Shown: in pieces, positions 12,801 to 26,800 of the stretch
Numbering within the stretch: the stretch's first letter is position 1
Layout of the letters: each line of letters starts with the position of its first letter
Position numbers and translations under genes: made by a program
Notes under the pieces: generated by a model
Databases searched by the model: none
The model's input: only the letters and a program-made list of their open reading frames with translations
Told to the model about the DNA's origin: nothing
NCBI GenBank assembly: GCA_035221665.1
Contig: CM069165.1
Coordinates: 19,158,001-19,222,000 of the forward strand
Direction of reading: 5' to 3'
Length of the DNA: 64,000 nucleotides
Origin: Okamejei kenojei
Lineage: Eukaryota

Positions 12801-14784
12801 CCTATAGTGTTAAGCACCAAAATGAAGTGGGCATCAGCTACAGCTACTCACAGTTGAGCCTGGAAGTCCAACGGGGCCTGGCAATCCAGGAGGGCCTTGT
12901 AATCCTGGCTCTCCCCTTTCTCCTTTTTCACCTGTGTGCCCATCTAAACCCTAAACACATAACACAAAAAGGAAACTACTTCAGGGCATTGAAGGCTAAT
13001 TCAAAATGCTCTCGACTAAGTTGGATTGTTCAGAAATTGGATAGTATTTCAAAAGTAAAGTAACATTTGAGTCTTCTGACTCACATTGACAATTAACACT
13101 ATAGGGTCAATTTAACTGCAGTTAAAGCAAGAAGAATTTATCGTACTTCATAACTTAGCCAATCTGGTCAATATGTAAAACCTTTGCAATTCTTGATTAT
13201 AAATGAAAACCTTCTGCATATAATTGTCAAAATATTTAACTATGATGAAGATTGGACAGATTTATATTAATGTTTATAGACTCAAGGGCATATATCTGAA
13301 TTAAGGTTTTGAAGGCTTGAACTCACGGGTGATCCGACCATTCCGATATCTCCTTTGGCTCCTTTGGGACCGGGAAATCCCATAATTCCTGCCTCGCCCT
13401 TGGTTCCTTCGGGTCCCAGTGGTCCTTGCGGACCTGAGGGTCCAAAGTCTCCTGGCTTACCACGGGGGCCCTGAGTGAATTAAACCATGTTATCCAGATA
13501 AACTCTTATTGTCATCCAAAGGTTGGACAAGGCTAAAGACAGATTATGTGAACCCTGTGCGCCCATGATGAACAATTGCTTTTTAAAAATCCAATATTAC
13601 CTTTTCTCCATCAAGTCCAGGTACCCCTGGTAGGCCTATTTCACCCTATAAAAATAGAGTAACGTATCAGTAAATACATTCAACCAATGCATAGCAAACA
13701 AACTGATTGTGTTTTAGAAGTAGAAACAAGTACGGTGCAGTGGCGCAGGGTAGGGTTGCTGCCCTGCAGTGCCTGAGAGCTGGGTTCGATCTCGACCATG
13801 GGTGCTGTCTGTACGGAGTTTGTACGTTCTCCCCGTGACCGCGTGGGTTTTCTCCGAGATCTTCGGTTTCCTTGCACACTCTAAAGAGTTTGTAGGTTAA
13901 TTGGCTTGGTATCAGTGTGTGTAGGGTAGTGTTAATATGTGAGGATTGCTGGCTGAAGGGCCTGTTTTCGTGTTGTATTTCTAAACCAAAAAACTAAACT
14001 AAAGTAACTGTAGACGCTAGGTTTACAAAACAAAAGGCGCAAAGCATCTTCAGATGGTCTGAAGATGAGTCCTGACCCGAAACGTCATCTATCCATGTTC
14101 TCTAAAGATATACCTGACCCACTGAGTTACTCCAGCATTTTGTGTCTTTAATTGTATCTCAGCTTGCATTTCAAGGTACTTAAGACATTTCAGTATAAAT
14201 TCCCAAGTCGCAAACAAGCAACAAACGCAATACAACATTGGGAAAGAAGTGTTTGTATTTGCTACTGTATGAAAATGTTTCAAAAACCAGGAAGCATCTA
14301 ATAGCAAATACAGCAAAGGAAGTCTTTTTAATATTTATGGGGCTGAAATTAGTATTGCGAGACAGTAAATTGGGAGCCAGTTTGTATTGTTGATAAAATA
14401 GCACATGTAAAAAATATATATGTGTATGTATGTTTATATGTGTGTGTGTATTGGCAATATATACATGCACTGAACTTTTTCTCGTTTATTATATTGTTTA
14501 CAGTGTACTAAGTTTTCCTATTCCATTGTGCTACTGCAAGTAAGAATGTAATTGTTCTATCGGGGACATTTGACAATAAAACACTCTTAATGCCCCTGTC
14601 CCACTTAGGAAACATGAACGGAAACCTCTGGAGACTTTGCGCCCCACCCATGTGGTTCCCGGAGGTTCCCAGAGGTTTTTTCAATTTTTTGAAATAATTG
14701 CCAGAACATATAAGAAGCGGAAATCACTTTCTACCATTAGGGAGACTGACAAAAACCTTCAGGAACCGCATGGAAACCTTGGGT

Positions 14785-14872
<88 letters not shown>

Positions 14873-17800
14873 GGGGGGGGCGCCAAAAGTCTCCCAGAGG
14901 TTTTCCATTCAGGTTTCCTAAGTGGGACAGGGGCATTACTCTTGAAAAGCATCCGGGTGTAAAACAAGTTGAAATCATTACTGTCAATGTGGAAGGTTTC
15001 CTGCCTTGAGTCAATGAACTGGGTGAAAACATACCTTCTGGCCTGGTAGACCTGGCATTCCTGGAACTCCTGGAGGTCCCTAAACATAAACAATACATGT
15101 CCTCATCAGTTCATCAGGATAGTATGACATAATAAATCAAGGTCACAAACCTTGATTTTAGACTGCAAAATCGTGTAGAATTTCATCCAAAATTACAACC
15201 TGGTGCAATGTTTTTGGCCCATGCCACAATCATGGCCAATATGTATTATTCCTTTAATAACTCAAACAGAAAAGATATGCCATTATTGTCCAATTCTATG
15301 AAACAGAAATGAAATTGAAAGGAAGATTTGCATCACTTTGTTGCAAAAAGCTTTACAGATAATGATGCCATCACTGTTGCAATATGAAGGGTGTGGCAGC
15401 CATTTTGTGCACGGCAAGGTCCCATGAACAGAAATGCAACCAATAACTAGAGGTTGTGATGTTCGTTGAGGATAAAGGTTGGCCATATTGCCATAGATAA
15501 ATCCTTTGATCTTCAAAACAGACACACGGGATCATCTGCATCCACATGTGAGAGCCTACTAGACATCTGAAATACAGCACTTCCAGCAGTACAGCACTCC
15601 CTCAGAGTGGGAGAAATCACTGAGAATTTAATGCTCAGGCCTCTGGATTGGGCCTTGAACCTACGATTGCTAGGAACTATGCCATAGATGATGATACTGG
15701 ATTCTAGATTTGGTTCTTTCTTTATGCATAATGGAATCGGGGAGCAGGATAGAGGAAGCAGCCTTGCCCTTGGTACAAGAATTGGGCAGCTTCTGCTCTC
15801 ATCCATTTATGCAGAAGTGAATGAGAAGTGAAGTGTACTTCAACACAGCAGGTTGGTGTGAGCTGGTGCTTACTGCAGGAAATGTTGTGAAACCAGGCAT
15901 GCAGGTATCATTCCAAATGGAGCTGGGTGAATGCATGGGAGGAGAAGCAGTTGCAAGGCAGAGGAAAGGAACTAATTTGAGAGCTGTTTTAATCACAAGC
16001 ACAATAGACTCAATGGTCTTCACTTATGGCGTGTGAGTATCATTTGTAAATTGATCTGTTCACACAACACCTGGACTATTTCCAAAATAAATACAGCTAC
16101 ATTGCAGAAAACAGCAACAGTGAGCAACGTGGCTCTTAAATAACGTGTACCTGGAGTGCTTCATTGATGTTACCATTATAGTCAATTATCTCAGTTTTTC
16201 CTCCTTCACCTTTCAGACCTGGAAGGCCCTACAGAACAGACATGGGGAATTAAACAACACACTGTTAGAGCCAGCCTGAAACCTGCCTAATTGAAGCTCA
16301 TTTTATTCCTTCCACAGCCAAACTGGATGATTAGTGGATGATCTTCAACCATAAATTGTAACTCCAGAGTCTATGACTTCCCCAGTTTTAAAATGTATTA
16401 TTTATGATATACAAACCACATCCAATGTAAAATCAATCAGAAAAAAAATGCATAATGTTGAGACTGTTTGCTCCCACCCCCATTTTAGAATTGAAATCAT
16501 ACTTTAATCTCAGAGAAAAATGGAAATCTCTTTTCATAATCTGCTATTTGTTCCCACACAAGAGGGAGGGGTGGGGTTGTAGCTGTGGGTATAGAAGCAG
16601 AAGGAGGTAGGAGAAAGTGAAAACGGCTGGAGTGTGTGAGTGAGCAAGTGTGCGAGTGAGTCAGTGAATTGCGTGGGCATGAGCATATATGTGTAATGCA
16701 TATTTGTGTATATGCATATGTGTATATATGCTTAGGTATGTTTGTGTGTCATCACATGTCTGGGCATGTGCGTGTTCATCCATGTATGTGTGCATATACA
16801 TGTGTGCATGCGTGCACACATCTGTATGGAGTGTTTTGTGTTGTTACACTGGCCATCAGCGGATTTGTTTCAAAATATATAATTTCCAAATGTAGCAAAA
16901 CAGCTGCTTTGCCTTTCCTTAGAGGAATTAATTACTAAAACAAACTTGTCTTACAGTGAATGTCACCAACTACCAAAGCCAAACTCACCTGAACTCCTCG
17001 TTCACCCAATTCACCCTGCAAGAAATTCCATAACAAATGTTTACTGGAATATTGCAAAAACATGATAGGAGTACAACAATAATTATTCTCCTAGTAACAC
17101 CATTTAATGGTGGTTTTGATAATATCAAGGAGCTCCAGTGAAGGAAACAAGAGAATATTGAATCCAGGTGCAACTGAGGGAATGGAAACAGGTCACCAGG
17201 TGTGGGAAGGTTCAGAAGGACATTCCTGGGAGATGAGGATGGTCTTTCACCTGAAAACTGGCACCCTCCTCTATCCTGGAACAACCCTCTACAGACCTGT
17301 ACACAGGACATCTTCCCAAAGCCCCCCTCTGTGTGTTCCTCACTCAGTGGGCCTTGTAAGTGAGTCCCCTCCAATGACTATCACAAAAACAGTCTACACG
17401 TCTGGACATCACTCTCCATCTACAGAATCCCTCCTTTCCCAGCAAGTGACGTGGAGGTCCGTTGATGACCTAGCCTTCATCTGCTGGCTGAGCCTTTCCT
17501 TCGCTCATAAAGGTAATGAAACAACGACATTGCAATGCACTGCAGAGTCAAATTAATGAATGGACAGAAATACATGGGGGTGCCCCTCTGTCCACTTGTT
17601 CCCTACACCAGGAACAGGTGATTCCAAACTGCAGATAGTGGGGATTGCTCTCGGGTTACTTTGCCAGGTGTTGGATAATGTTCCGACACCTGTGAGCTGA
17701 GCCCCAAACCTTGGCAATCCATCCAGTGCCAATTCCATCTTGTGGATAAGACATTAAACTAGATGGCTGTAAATTGTTTCCCAGAACTAGCTTAAAGAAA

Positions 17801-20800
17801 TACAGTGGAATTATCTCCAGTGCCCTGGCCAATGTTTATCCCTCACTCAACACCCTGAAGCAGATACATGAGTGCGATTACCCACTTGTTGTGGACCTCA
17901 CATGGCTCACATGCCCTGTACCCTTCATTACATTGATGACCATGAAAGAACTTCATTAACTTCAATGAAATTTTGGGTATCCTGAGGTCAGGAAAGGTGC
18001 TGTAGGAGTGCAAGTTCTTTCTCTCTAAAATGGACTCAAGTCACAACAGACTTCATTCACAGTTTTAAGCTTTGATTATAACGATTCGCTATCATTATAG
18101 GGATTAATGAAGAAATAAATGGATACCCACCTTCTGACCTGGAGGGCCTACAGGTCCAGGCAGGCCGGAATCACCCTTAATTCCACCAGCGGCAGATCCT
18201 GGTTCTCCTCCTTCCCCCTGTTTAAGGAGACCAGATTGTCCCATTAAACATAGATGTAGATTAGTGATCATCTATTATTTATCCACAATTGACACTCTTC
18301 TTGTTGGACTCAAATAACAGTGCCACAGATAAAAACTAAAAGGCGCACACCTTCGTGAATGGACTCAAGAAACATCAGCGAGTCTCGGATTTTTAAGCGC
18401 AAGATGCTGAAGTCCAAGTCTCACTGAGTGATAAATGGTTGCTCCAACACTGGATTTCATGGAGAGACCAATGAAAGAGCCCAAGATAGACACAAAATGC
18501 AGGAGTAACAGTGAGTCAGGCAGCATCTCTGGGGAAAAGGGATAGGTAATGTTTCAGAGGAAGAAAGACCTCAGTCTTCCAAAGGATCAGAGACCTCCAT
18601 TGATTTCAGATTTCAGATACTCTTTCAGGCTTGTAGAATGCACGATTTGCTTTTCATTGAAAAGAGAGGGTGAAAGAGAGAGCAAGGGAAGTCTGTTGGC
18701 ATCCAGAACTTCCTAATTTTGTGGTTGTGTCCCAACTCAGGGGTCAACATGATATTAACATTTTAAATTAAATTCAAAATATGACTAAAATTAAACGATA
18801 CTGCATTCTTTTTTTATCTTAATATTTATACTTATATGCTTTTAAACCAGTGAGATGGGTGGAAGCAATGAGAAAGCATAGGGCTGATGTGGCTTTGAAT
18901 TCTGCTGGCTGAGGTCTAGTCACACTGTTCCCCTGTGCCCCCATCCACAGAACAAATGTAACGACAAGGTTTAGTTTAGTTAGATACAGCGCGGAAACAG
19001 CCTGCTGTGTTTAAGAAGGAACTGCAGATGCTGGAAAATCGAAGGTACACAAAAATGCTGGAGAAACTCAGCCTCTATGGAGCGAAGGAAATAGGCAACG
19101 TTTCAGGCCGAAACCCTTCTTCAGACAGGGAGAACTGTCTTCTGCGGAAACAGGCTCTTTGGCTTACCGAGTCTGCACCGACCAGCGATCCCTGCACATT
19201 AGCACTATCCTACACATACTAGGGACAATTTACACATACACCAAGCCAATTAATCTACAAACCTGTACGTCTTTGGAGTGTGGGAGGAAACCGAAGATCT
19301 CGGAGAGAACCCACAGGGGTCACGGGGAGAACGTACAAACTCCGTACAGACAGCACCCGTAGTCAGGAAGGAGCCTGGGTCTCTGCCGATGTAAGGCAGC
19401 AACTCTACAGCTGTACCACCATACCACAGATTGGCAGGTCAGTGGGTTCCACGTTGCTGCAGATATCCCGCGAGGGTTAGATGAGTACGCTGGTGGATCA
19501 TTTGGTGATGGCGTGGAATAGGGTGAAGGATGTAAAATCTGTCACCATGTTTCCTGCAGTGTTGCTGAAGGACAGTATGTGGACAACAGACCAGTTAGGT
19601 CAAAGATAGATCCCTGTGGATCACCACAGTTTGAGATGCGCAGATAATTTGTTTATAAAATGAAGAAATACTGTAGATATTCACATTTTCTTCCAGTCAG
19701 ACAGGGGTATGCTAATGAACAGTTCATATTGCCACTCATTTAAAATAAACAAGCCCTTAATTGATGCCAGTTATCAGCATGAGGTATCCTATATAAAGTA
19801 GCTTTTGAAAGAGCAGACTTACTTTCTGCCCTGGTGCACCTCCTATCCCAGGTATGCCATTTTCACCCTGTACAATATAAACACCCAGGTTAGAAATCAA
19901 GCAACATTGTTGTTTATTGCAAGCTAGCAATATCCCAATTCTGATAAGAGGGTTTCAAATTCTGAGTGGAAAAAAATACATTTTAAAATTAGAAACCAGC
20001 AGAGTATCTTCCGTCAAAATCTAGAAAATCAATTGGAAGTGAAACAAGAATGAACTGTGATATTTCTTATCATTTTGCTGAGATTTCTCTTACTTAAAAT
20101 CCATAACTCTCCTCTGCTGTTGAGCTGCAATGCTGGCCTGTAACCTGAATCTAGCTTCTATATATCACCACATTGTAAATTACTATCCATCAAAGATAAG
20201 CTATTTGACAGCTATGAGACACGGAGGCTTTGCACAACTACAAAGCAATATTTTAAAGAAAATTCACTGAACCAAAATGATGAAAGACACACATGCTAGA
20301 AAAATGGTAGAACCTGGCTTAGACATCTCCACTATCAATCACTGGGGTCAACATTCTCTTGAACCTACTTTACTCCCCAATCTATGCTCCATTCACTCGG
20401 CATATTCAGGCCACAGTCTCAAAGCACCCCTGTTCTGAAATATTAATGTGCTGTGACGTAATGTGTTCACAACAGCACCACAGCTCTACAGGTTAGCACC
20501 GCTTTGTTCTGGTTGTGGTCGGATGCCCATGAACTACTTGATTAAACCTTTCTCAGTAACTTTCAGAAGTTAGTGAATGATTGTACACAGTACTTGTTAA
20601 CTTATGCTCCATCATCACAACTTCCTGAATTATTATCTAACCGTTTACAAACATATTAATCACCTGCAAAACTTAACAACACTCAGTTTTTAAAAAAAAT
20701 ACTCTTAACAACTAAAACTAGATTTTTTCTGAATGCTCCATACTTGTATCTGATTAAGGTTTGGGATGGTGCGAATTTTCATTACCATTGAATTATTGCC

Positions 20801-23800
20801 ACAACTTCTTGTGATGTGTGTGTGGGAGAGGAGTGAAATTTAAAATGATTTGCTCAGCCCTTGAATCCAATTAGCTGGGTTGCCATTGTTTGTCCTAACT
20901 TTGGTGGTAATCACTCATGGGGAAATTAATCAAATGTTTAAACAGTTGATTTTTATTAGTTTGACATAAAAATCAAGTTATTTCTTGTTGAAATTCACCA
21001 AATTCCCACTGGAGTGTATTCATCGCTGGGGAGATGGGAATTGGTAAGAGAATGAATACAGGAGAGGATCACCTTGGAGCATTTTGAGAGATCAGGTATG
21101 AGAATGCAAATAGCCAGTGCCTGCACCTCAATCTGATCTTCTTAAATAATGTTAAAAGTCTGTAAATATGGCAGAAGCCAATGGAAACTCTTCTTAAGAT
21201 CTCACAATGAATTTGTAAGTAACAAGGCAAGCAACAGCAAATCCAATCACATCAGACCAAACATAATAATCTTGATTAAAATCTCACTGAAGTCCAGAAC
21301 TACTTCAGACAGGGTTACACTGAGGATCATATACTGAATGGATGGGGGGCATGCACCAGATACTATCAGATGTTACCATCACATGCAGCTGTGCACCAAA
21401 CAATGCACAGGGACTTTCAATATAAAGTGCCAAACTTTAGCTGTGATTTCCCACACTACCCATGCATTGTAACTTCCAAAACTAACAAAAAGTCCATTGT
21501 CTGAATCAAACTTAAAGAATCATCACACACATCTCCCCAAGTCCAGAGTTTGTGCTTAACTCACAATTTACATTCAAAGTGGAAATATATATTACATTAT
21601 TTATTCTAAATTTTACAAAGCAAACTGCATCTAAAGTATCCATACTGGAACTGCTTACATTGAACCCCCAGTATAGAAACAGGACTTTCAGCCACACAGA
21701 AACCTGTTGGGTTGACATATTTATGTATTTTTCAGGATCTAAACATTGCTGACAAGGCTGGTATTTATTGCCATCACTAATTGCCTGTGTAAAGTGAATG
21801 GTGAATCAGCTCTCGAACTGGTGCAGTCTGTCTTTCCAAAAGGACCGCTCCAGCTCAAGGCGGTAGTTCACCTTTATTGATGGGTAAGGAGCTACTGAGT
21901 GGACAATGGCATTGACAGTTATGCAATCATCAGCAATCATCCCTACTTCTGATCATATAATGGAAAGAAGTTATTAATGAAGCACTTCAGGATGGCCGGG
22001 CCCAGGCCACTCCCTAAGGAACTCAAATCAAGTGATCGTAGTCTGCAGAAACCTTGGATCATTGAATCCACTGAACATATCCTTTTATTTTATGGGAATT
22101 TCTACGGGAGTTAAAATGGTTAGTAATCGAGAGATCCAGCAGGCCTTCACGGACTGTGCTGAAGTGTTCAGCGAGACGATCGTCTAGTCTATGTTTTGTG
22201 TTGCCGATTTAAAGAAAGCCACATCAGAAACTCTGGATGCAATAGATGAGACTAAAGGAGGTATACATGAATCTCTGTCTCACCTGGAAGGACTGTTGGG
22301 GTCCCTGGATGGATGTGAGGGTGAAGGTATAGAGACTGTATGTTACATCTCCTGCTGTTGCAGGAGAAAATACCTGGGGAGGGGGTGATTTGGGTGGGAA
22401 AGGATGAGTGAACCAATGACAGCTAAGGGGAGCCATGTTTACTAAAGAAAGAGGATATCTTGGATGTCCTAGAATGGAAAGCATCATGTTGGGAGCAGAC
22501 GATGAAGTGATGAAGAAATTGATAGCATCTTTGCAAGAGGGAGGGTCAGAGAAGGTATAGTCCTGATAACTGTGGGAGTTGGTGGAATTTGTAGTAGATG
22601 CAAGTAGATAGTTTGTCCCCTGTTTTGGAGACAGGGAGATCAAGAAAGAGGAGAGAGGTGTCAACCACAGTTCAAGAGGCAAAATCTTCTGCCTTGGTTT
22701 AATTCTCTTTACTGGTTTTGTTAGCAGTAGTTTGCAAGGCAAGCTCATGCATCAATATATCAGGCACACCCACACTATAGATCCTACCCTGAAACCTCTC
22801 TTTCCGGGAAGGCCACGTGGACCAGCTTCTCCTGGCTCCCCCTAAGCATAAAATATGAAGATAGGAGATCAATACACAGGACCTGAAAGGAAAGGTGAAA
22901 CAGGGGGGAACATCGAGAACAGACGAGGAGACTTCAAGAACATATGAGAAAACACCACAAACAGACAAGGAAACATCAAGGCACTTTATTCAATGTGATG
23001 AGGCCACATTGTGATACATGGGATGAGACATGTATCTATCTCATTTTGCATAGGAAGGAACTGGTTTAAACCGAAGATAGGCACAAAATGCTGGAGTAAC
23101 TCAGCGGGACAGGCAGCATCTCTGGAGAAACATTTTGGGTTGTTTCAGTCTGAAGATGGGTCTCGACCTGGAAAGTCACCCATTCCTTCTCTCCGGAGAT
23201 GCTGTCTGTCCCGCTGAGTTACTCCAGCATTTTGTTTCTATCTCGTTATGCAATTCTATGATCGTACAAATCTCATGCAATGAAGTTATTACTTCTGACA
23301 GTTGTTTGATTATTTAATTATCGCCTGTTTTAAATATTTCATGACTTATCAGAGATATTGCAAAAAATCTCATACAGGCTAATGCATAAAACAGCACTGT
23401 CCATAAAACGTATTAAATTATGAATGCTAAACAGCAAGACAAGCTTTGGAATTAAAATATCATCAGCTATACAAATACTTCTCCAATGATGTGGAGTAGT
23501 GCAGCTTGATTGCTTTTCTTCAAGAGCTTGCAGTCTCACTTGTCTGTCGCTAAAGCTTTGTTTTGTCGCTCAGGCCAACAGTTTAACCTCTATGGTCAAA
23601 TATTGTGTGACTCACACTGACCTCCATTCAGCTAAAATGAGAGTGGTTCACTGCTGGTCAAGGAAAGAATTAAATGGATAGTGCTCATTCAATAAAGGGC
23701 AGCATAGAAAACAGAATGTACAAAGTAGAGGGATTTGCACAGGGGGAATTGAAGATTAAAATAGAATGGGAGGAAGTGAATAATAAGGGGAGAATGGTAG

Positions 23801-26800
23801 AATGGCAGCGAGTGTTGCTGCTTTTTAACCCCAGCTTGATCCTGACTTTGGAGATTCGTGTCTGAAGAAGGGTCTTGACCTGAAACGCCACCTATTATTT
23901 TTCTCCAGAGATGCTGTCTGACCAGCTGAGTTACACCAGCTTTTTGTATCTATCTTCGGTTTCAACCAGCATCTTCAGTTCTTTCCTACACAGTTGGAGT
24001 TCTCCCTGTGAGATCTGAGATCGCTTCTGGATGATCCATTTTTCTATCACACTCCATATTGTTAGGTTGAATGGCGAGTATAAAGTACTCCTTAGTATGT
24101 AGCTAGATAATGACAGTATGAAAGGGGAGTTGTCAAGCATATGAGAGACTAAATTGCAAGGATATCGGGAAGTAAGACAAGTGGAAAGGGGATTGAGGGA
24201 AGGGATCTACTGAGAGCCAGCATGTACCTGATGGGCTGAATGGCCTATGTGTAGAAAGGAACTGCAGATGCTGGTATATACCGAAGATGGACACAATGTG
24301 TTGTAGTAACTCAGCAGTTCAGACAGCATCTCTGGAGAAAAAGGATGGATGACGTTTTAGGTTGGGTCCCTTCCTTAGACTCAAGCCTAAGACCTTCGTC
24401 TATGTAAGTTGAAAACCTCAGAAAAGAAACATCCAGTAAACACTGATTAATCATGATACATGGTGCTATTATTATATTGTTCAGTGGAGTAACGTGTCAC
24501 AATGAGCATCTCAGATTGAAAAGGACAAAAGGAATTAAATCCGCCGGGTGTGAAATAAGCTAAAGTTCACCTTCTCTCCAGGTGGTCCAGTCTTCCCTGG
24601 CTCTCCCTGTGTCCAAGATAAATGCACGAGAGGAAGACAAGTCAGAAATGAATAGAGACAAGCGAACAAGAGTAAATTGGGTTTAATGTCGTGTTGCACC
24701 GCGACTAACCTTTAACACAGGAGCAGTTGAAATAAATGCACCCTATTGATTGAAGGCAGATAACAGTTTGGAGTTAGATATCAGTGGAAAGTATAATTAG
24801 AGATAAAGGTGAATGAATTACAGAAATAGTAGCAGATCATTTGGGCACACAATCTTTGCTGGAATTTTAGTCAAATATTTAGCTTAACTATAAATGTATC
24901 TCTATAAATGCAGAAACAAAGAACTGCTGATGTTGGTTTATACACAAGTGCTAGGGTAACTCAACAGGTCAGGCAGCATCTCTGGAGAACATGGATAGGT
25001 GATGTTTCGGGTCGAGACCCTGCTTCATGCGTTATTTTGTTGAGAGGAATATTTAAATCCTTCAGATTTAATCAGTAGTATTGGCTGCAGGAAAACTCAG
25101 ATAATCCAGGACCATTGACAGTTTGGTGGTGTCAGACTGGCAGATTGTTCTGACTATTGGACCTTACTCTGACTAACAGCTCAGCATTTTTTTAATCCAG
25201 ACCTTATGAAGACAAACATAATGCAGGACTCAGAGCACGAACTGAAAAATGTGAGTACTGAGCACGCTGCCTTTTCCATATTTTGTCTTGTTTGCCAAAG
25301 TATTTCAAAGCCCATGTCACTGTCCGTCTGTCAGGTTTAGTTTAGCTTAGTTTAGAGTTGACAACTCTAAGAGTTCTCTACATCGAAACAGGCCCACTGA
25401 GTTCACACCAACCATTAATCACCTGTTTATACTAATTCTATGTTATCCCATGTTCTCATCGAATTGCTACACACTAGGAACAATTTGCTAAGGCCAATTA
25501 ATCTACAAACCCGCATGGCTTTGTGATGTGGGAGGAAACAAGAGCACTTGGAGGAATGCAAATTCCACAGTCAGTGCCTAAGGTCTCTGGTGCCGTACCA
25601 GCTGCACCACTGTGCTCTTAAGCCTTTGAAAAATAATGCACATTTTTGAAAGATATCGAAAAAAATGATTCTTTCACAATCAGCACAGATCTAAACTTGA
25701 ATGGAAGGTAGGAGTTGCACTTTATTGGTGAATCTAGCTAACACTGGCATAGGATCCTTGACCTAAAATTACACATATCAGCTATACTGGCAGAAAGAAA
25801 CAAACTCTCTCCAAGGATCATCTGCATATTTTTAAACATCTACTTGCGATTTCCCCAAACATTTGGACATTTGGAAATAGTACAAATACAGTAGCCTACT
25901 TGTAGCTACTATAATTTTAAAAGGTTAATAAAAGGAAGAGGTTTTTGCTTCAAAATACTTTTCCAACACTTTGATGTGTATGCATTCGTGTCTGCTGTCG
26001 TGGGTGATGCAAACAAGGAGGCTAAAGGAGGACGAGGCAGTGTGTGGAGATGGAATACCTTTGTTCCAGGTTTTCCTGGGATACCAGGTCTTCCAAATTC
26101 TCCCTATGAAGACAGGAAAGTAAAAACATATACAATTTAAACAGAAAGAATTAAGAAGAAATATTGTCACTTCTATTCCAAGTAAGGATGGGAATGCAGA
26201 GAGACAGAGATAGGAAACAGGATAGGATAGGATGGTAGGAATAATGAAAAGAGGATACATTATTCTAGTTAAGCTGAAAATTCACATAAACTCCTCATTT
26301 CAATTTATTGCCACTGAACCTAACATTGACTGCTGACGATAATGATGTAGTCAGTTTCTGACCTATTTACTAACAATGCCAAAAGGCAATTAGTCTCAAG
26401 CGTGCAAGTGTGTTAAGATTAAGTTTCAAATTAGCTTCTCAGAATCCGGTCCAAGGGTCCAATATCATCAATCAGTGAAATGAATCAGCAAACTAGTTAT
26501 CGGAGGCTCTGCTTATGACTGGAGACTTCACAGTGAGCGATTCGAGTTTATTTAACCAAATGTAACATCAATATTTTGCACCACAGAGACCAAGAAAAGT
26601 GCAATCAGTTTCAATCAAAGCAATACGAATACAGTCTTAGCTACAGTATCTCTATTGAATGCTTACATAACTGTTTTACAGGCAAAATAACTCAATAAAC
26701 TTCAGAAATAAAAGTGTTGGCTGTGCTACACACTGGGATGCCTGAGTATGTGCAAAAAATAGATCTTTCCTTGTCTTCACACTTAAGGCTTCTTACTTTT

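Noticed and set aside
14637-15098. Poly-Gly and poly-Pro ORFs
   Set aside because: Translations of the G homopolymer inside a MITE.
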